From: Phoronis australis
Lineage: Eukaryota > Animalia > Phoronida
NCBI GenBank assembly: GCA_002633005.1
Contig: NMRA01000099.1
Span: forward strand, 1-64,000
Length of the DNA: 64,000 nt
Direction of reading: 5' to 3'
The first letter of the stretch is position 1, and each line of letters begins with the position of its first letter. Position numbers and translations under genes: made by a program. The notes under the pieces are model-generated. The model was not told the origin of the DNA and made no database searches. It worked only from the letters and a program-made list of their open reading frames with translations. Below, piece by piece: positions 63,201 through 64,000 of this stretch.

Positions 63201-64000
63201 CAACTTCTGCTGTTCTACCTTCAGATGCTGCATCTTTTCTGCTCCCATCGTCGCCTTCCTCTGTCATATGGAGGCTATGGTCGCTGTGGTTTGCATCCTG
63301 AACCACATCCTCCTCCGTCTGACCAGATTCCTCTGTGCGTTGTGACATTGTCGGCCCTGCGCGGCAACCCATCTTGCCTTGGTGATTCCTCAACCCCCTA
63401 TAGTTCTTGCAAACTTCCCCGCACATACAGCTCATTGGGTTGTTCGACGCTCTTTGTTCACCAGTAGCTTCTGTGTTCAGTCTGACAATCCTTCTCACTT
63501 CTCTCGTCCACGGTGTTGACGCCGTTGAGCTCAGACATGATCCACGTGTCACTCTTAGAGCTGTATACGTGTTCTGTCTCGTTGTCCGTGTTTGATCCTG
63601 TGTCGATTCCGTCTAATTCTTCCGTTGGGTCGCTCATCCTCCCCCATTCACGAGCGGCACATGGGGGTATTTCTTAAAGTATCTGTCTATAGCGATCATA
63701 AACAGGTTCCCCCCGCGGGAGATATGCTTCGGCCTCCCAAGCCTTCACATCTTGAGATGCTGGTCTCTCCCAGCTGCTTCCTGTCTCTCTAGGTTGTCAA
63801 TTTGCTGTTCCCAGTCGTCAGCCAGTCTTTCCTAGCAGTCACGGTCTCCAGAACGAAATTACCTTTAAACGCTCTGATGTAATTGGCGCCAGTCTTGTCT
63901 TCAGGTGGATAGTCTCCGTCCTCAGCCGTTTCGGCGCTGTCCATAACGACCTCTGGAGGTGAGCCAACCGAGTTGATCAGGCTCGGTCCAGGACTGTATG
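60282..64000 (-). mobile_element. HERO-clade (R2-superfamily, RLE-type) non-LTR retrotransposon, decayed and 3'-truncated
   Basis: N-terminal CMCGEVCKNYRGLRNHQGKMGC finger; SAPGPDGVPY; QKGGVPGVSGCMEH; AFMDD; CCHC CLVC...HVLSSC...RHDQVL; RLE RPDIV...ELKVPWE...KY...VEVG.RG. Confidence 0.92.

Noticed and set aside
60353-63792. Plus-strand ORFs over the HERO region (likewise antisense ORFs over the Gypsy and LINE)
   Set aside because: Antisense shadows of TE coding sequence with no recognisable motifs
63780-64000. Ribozyme in the HERO 5' region (CTGAGGA, CTGAAGA and GAAAC on the minus strand)
   Set aside because: Could not build consistent hammerhead or HDV helices by eye; the element's 5' end may lie outside the window

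Overview
Eukaryotic (animal, probably marine invertebrate; taxon is inference) scaffold window with introns, microsatellites, a 285-N gap and two single-N joins. It is a tandem array of DBH-like copper monooxygenase (MOXD1-type) genes on the + strand. Copy A is complete: I reconstructed 11 exons by hand (5791-31365, ~618 aa), all GT-AG and in frame. It has a signal peptide, a DOMON domain, CuH ligands (HH, EIHY), CuM ligands (HSH, EMC) and a GPI-like hydrophobic tail. Copy B has exons 1-7 (46342-59985) before a HERO-type retrotransposon that runs off the window. Bases 1-5790 repeat the spacer between A and B, implying a further paralog upstream. Introns and spacers hold decayed TEs: L1/Tx1, BEL/Pao, Gypsy, a PHD-APE-RT LINE, HERO, Penelope, Kolobok-like TTAA elements, foldback elements and MITEs. 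I see no convincing wholly new system. The best leads are paralog divergence near the predicted substrate pocket, possible anchored versus soluble isoforms, a 6.3-kb inverted-array element with CTCF-like motifs between the paralogs, and an odd hairpin plus CTAGT-bounded patch that truncates the Gypsy integrase. TE boundaries are approximate, from alignment by eye.
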